The translations under genes and the position numbers were made by a program. A DNA stretch of 59,046 bases, the filler included. It is 4 parts of 4 records of this genome, joined end to end, with 100 filler letters (N's around TTAATTAATTAA, not from the genome) between each part and the next. Parts side by side here need not be neighbours in the genome. Positions count along the whole stretch, not along the records: positions 52,732 to 59,046 come from SRR20825019_1017; 3 more parts are not named here. One strand, written 5' to 3'. Shown here in pieces: positions 56,810 to 59,046 of this stretch. The notes beneath the pieces were generated by a model. That model saw only the letters and a list, made by a program, of their open reading frames with translations, ran no database searches and had not been told where the DNA came from. The first letter of the stretch is position 1. Each line of letters starts with the position of its first letter.

Positions 56810-58678
56810 CTAGGCTGCCCCGGGCGGGGTGATGGTTGGTGGTTCGGTTTGTATGGATGGTATCTCCTCGTCCACCTTGGAATCGACGGGTGGAACGGAG
56901 GGCACTGATGGTGGTGGCTCGACCACTGGATGTGGTGAGTCGGGGGGTGTTGGTAGCGCTTCGATAGATTCCCTAGGTGAGTCGGGTGGGGTCACCTGGA
57001 ACCGTCTGCAGCAGGCCATGGGGTTGGTCATCACAGTGAAGAGGCCCTTTACAATACCTAGCCCGTAGGGGGGGAACTGTGATGCTGCGGGGGCTGCTTG
57101 GGCGGGAGCTGGATGTGCCCTTCGTGGGCTCTGACTACGGAGGTGTAGCTTGGCAGCCGGGTGTACGGGGGGTGCTTCAGGATCCCTGTGGATAGGTGGT
57201 TGTGCAAGGCTCTTATTGGCAGCCCCCCATATGATGCTGGTCAGTACGTGTGTAACGTATTGTACAATGTGGTTACGTTGTTGTAACTCCTCGCTGTCCA
57301 GGAAGGCCCGCTGCTGCTCCTCCATCCCCAGCAACATCTTCATACTGAAGCTATCAACCAGGGGTGAAGGTGGTGGGGTGGGGGTTGGCACGGGTGTAGC
57401 AGGGGGAGGTACAACGACCTCCGCACTGGAGGACCGTCGAGAATTATGGAACTCCAACATTGCCCTGGCGATCACCACCCTTGCAGTACGCTCGGCGGTG
57501 GCGATAGCAATACGGTATGGGGTCTCCTCGAAATCGACGGCTGCTAGAAGTCTGGGGTCGAACTTGGGGGAGGGTGGATGGAGAGAGGAGGAGCTGGGGG
57601 TAAGAGAGCGGAGATCAATCTCCACTAATTTGACCTCGAATGCTTCGTACAACTTCCGTCTCACCACCCCCTCGGAATGGCTTACTCCCGTCCTCTCCTC
57701 GGGCTCGTCGGATAGCAGAGCTGCTAACCTCTCAGAGGCATACCTAATAGCCTCCTCGTCGATAGTGGTCTTATCAAGTATGAAAGAGCTCTCTGACTCA
57801 TTTGACCCCGATGTGGATGAAACCGACGATGCGGAGTTGGGTGGGGTGTGTTCGAATCGAGCTGCATGTGGGATGGAGGCGGCCTCCCTCTCAGAGCCCA
57901 ATAGCCAGTTCACTGCCTTTGCCGACGGCCCCTCCATTGCTTGCTTGGCGTCAGCCTCCGCCAATGAAGACGATAGTAGCTCCTTCTTCTTCTTAACCAA
58001 CTTCTTTTTCTTTGGCTTTGGTGGACTAGGGAATGTGGGAAGCTGCGGTTTGGCGGCTGGGAGCACGGGGGCTGTTGTCGACCTCACAAACACGGATGAC
58101 GAGCGGGGGGGCACTCTTGTGGCGGATGATGGGGATGCTCTTGTGGTCGGGGATGCATGGTTGGCGGAGGTGCTTCGGGCCGGTTTCTTTGAGGGGGTAC
58201 GTGCTTTGGGGGAGGGGCTAAGCATGTGGGGGTGGGGGCGGTCTGGGGTACTTGGCTTGAGACTTGCCGATGATCCATGTGCGAAGAGGAGGTCGGCATC
58301 ACCCTCATCGGCTGCACTCGATGCCTCCTTCTGAAGGGCCGCCAGCTCACGTTCGCGCTTCTTCTTGGCCCGCTCCCGTAGCATCTTCATCTTCGCATCT
58401 AGTACATCTAGACACGTACATACGAGGTTCTTACACCGATAACACGTCTTAGTGTGACCGGTAAGGTGGCTAGCATGCCTCTCCATTGCGCTCCTTCTCT
58501 CCTCTGGGGTTTGTCGGGGCATCGATCTGGAACTCCTCATGCTGATCACGGATAGCTCATCCTCGGCGTTGGGACGTAGCTGGGAGGTGGTGGATGTGTT
58601 GACGTGGGTAGAATTCTTAAGTATACTACCTCGAGGGGCAGGCTTCCCCTTTACACTTTGAGCCCGAACGGGGGGCAT
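56810..58678 (-). CDS. Pro/Ser-rich protein with a CxxC-x3-CxC motif and E/R-rich helices, function unknown
   Basis: 622-aa intronless ORF co-oriented with its neighbours; CYRCKNLVCTC; EEQQRAFLDSEELQQR-type helices. Confidence 0.7.
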   Translation of the reverse strand: MPPVRAQSVKGKPAPRGSILKNSTHVNTSTTSQLRPNAEDELSVISMRSSRSMPRQTPEERRSAMERHASHLTGHTKTCYRCKNLVCTCLDVLDAKMKMLRERAKKKRERELAALQKEASSAADEGDADLLFAHGSSASLKPSTPDRPHPHMLSPSPKARTPSKKPARSTSANHASPTTRASPSSATRVPPRSSSVFVRSTTAPVLPAAKPQLPTFPSPPKPKKKKLVKKKKELLSSSLAEADAKQAMEGPSAKAVNWLLGSEREAASIPHAARFEHTPPNSASSVSSTSGSNESESSFILDKTTIDEEAIRYASERLAALLSDEPEERTGVSHSEGVVRRKLYEAFEVKLVEIDLRSLTPSSSSLHPPSPKFDPRLLAAVDFEETPYRIAIATAERTARVVIARAMLEFHNSRRSSSAEVVVPPPATPVPTPTPPPSPLVDSFSMKMLLGMEEQQRAFLDSEELQQRNHIVQYVTHVLTSIIWGAANKSLAQPPIHRDPEAPPVHPAAKLHLRSQSPRRAHPAPAQAAPAASQFPPYGLGIVKGLFTVMTNPMACCRRFQVTPPDSPRESIEALPTPPDSPHPVVEPPPSVPSVPPVDSKVDEEIPSIQTEPPTITPPGAA

Positions 58679-58803
58679 CTTTTATTGAGAATGATTATGA
58701 TGGTAGATTCAAATATTGAAATTGACAAATCAATCGACAATAATCAAATACTATTGATACGTGGCATTTAATAATAATAACAACATGCTGATAATTGTAC
58801 AGT

Positions 58804-59046
58804 TTATTCGAAGAAGTTCATGTTGGAGTAGCATACAATAACGTCCTTCCTGGGGTACACATCCAACACGGCTATACCTCCCACTCCCACGTCCCTGAAG
58901 GGTGCCTTCCCCACCGCGAGGGTACCATTGATATAGAGGTCAAAGGTACTGTCCTCCCAGTTAATACGTGTCTGGACCCTACACCACTGGTTGGTGGCTA
59001 GCAGTGGTTGGTATTGTGCTCCTATCACCGACAGCCTCCCATTGGG
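58804..59046 (-). CDS. C-terminal part of a gene, possibly a concanavalin/LamG-like beta-sandwich
   Basis: Reading frame coming in from the window edge: NQWCRVQTRINWEDSTFDLYING... Confidence 0.5.
   Translation of the reverse strand, partial: PNGRLSVIGAQYQPLLATNQWCRVQTRINWEDSTFDLYINGTLAVGKAPFRDVGVGGIAVLDVYPRKDVIVCYSNMNFFE

Noticed and set aside
57150-58334. 394-aa plus-strand ORF (also 15106-16086 and 17873-18598)
   Set aside because: Antisense shadows of better-supported genes; no motifs.

Overview
The window is not one genome. It is four contigs joined by three identical 100-nt artificial linkers (N44-TTAATTAATTAA-N44 at 29909-30008, 43859-43958 and 52632-52731). Contigs 1 (1-29908) and 3 (43959-52631) come from a compact, GC-rich eukaryote, probably the same protist, with many ~45-65 nt GT-AG introns and GC islands upstream of genes. 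After manual splicing they encode: a twin-CX9C protein, an ankyrin protein, a secreted triple-repeat/EGF protein, a Hippo/MST kinase with a SARAH domain, syntaxin-16, an OGT-like GT41 with a signal peptide, an RIIa-LamG-M14-LamG fusion, QTRT1, an RNI-type LRR protein, a Zn2Cys6 factor, an ElonginC/Skp1-like + BC-box-like + LRR fusion, an MPPED-like phosphoesterase and akirin. Contig 2 (30009-43858) is an AT-rich Flavobacteriaceae-type bacterial fragment with beta-oxidation genes, peptidases, an amidohydrolase, fasciclin, LysM and an AAA ATPase. In it, a four-helix-bundle (Avd/IVP-like) gene sits between thiolase and acyl-CoA dehydrogenase, with both spacers made of inverted 7-nt repeat arrays. 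This is the best candidate for a poorly described element. Contig 4 (52732-59046) looks kinetoplastid-like: four intronless co-oriented genes with polypyrimidine-AG acceptors, including a secreted pirin and an MRH + vWA membrane protein. All assignments are by eye from motifs; no searches were run. No rRNA, tRNA or CRISPR array was recognised.
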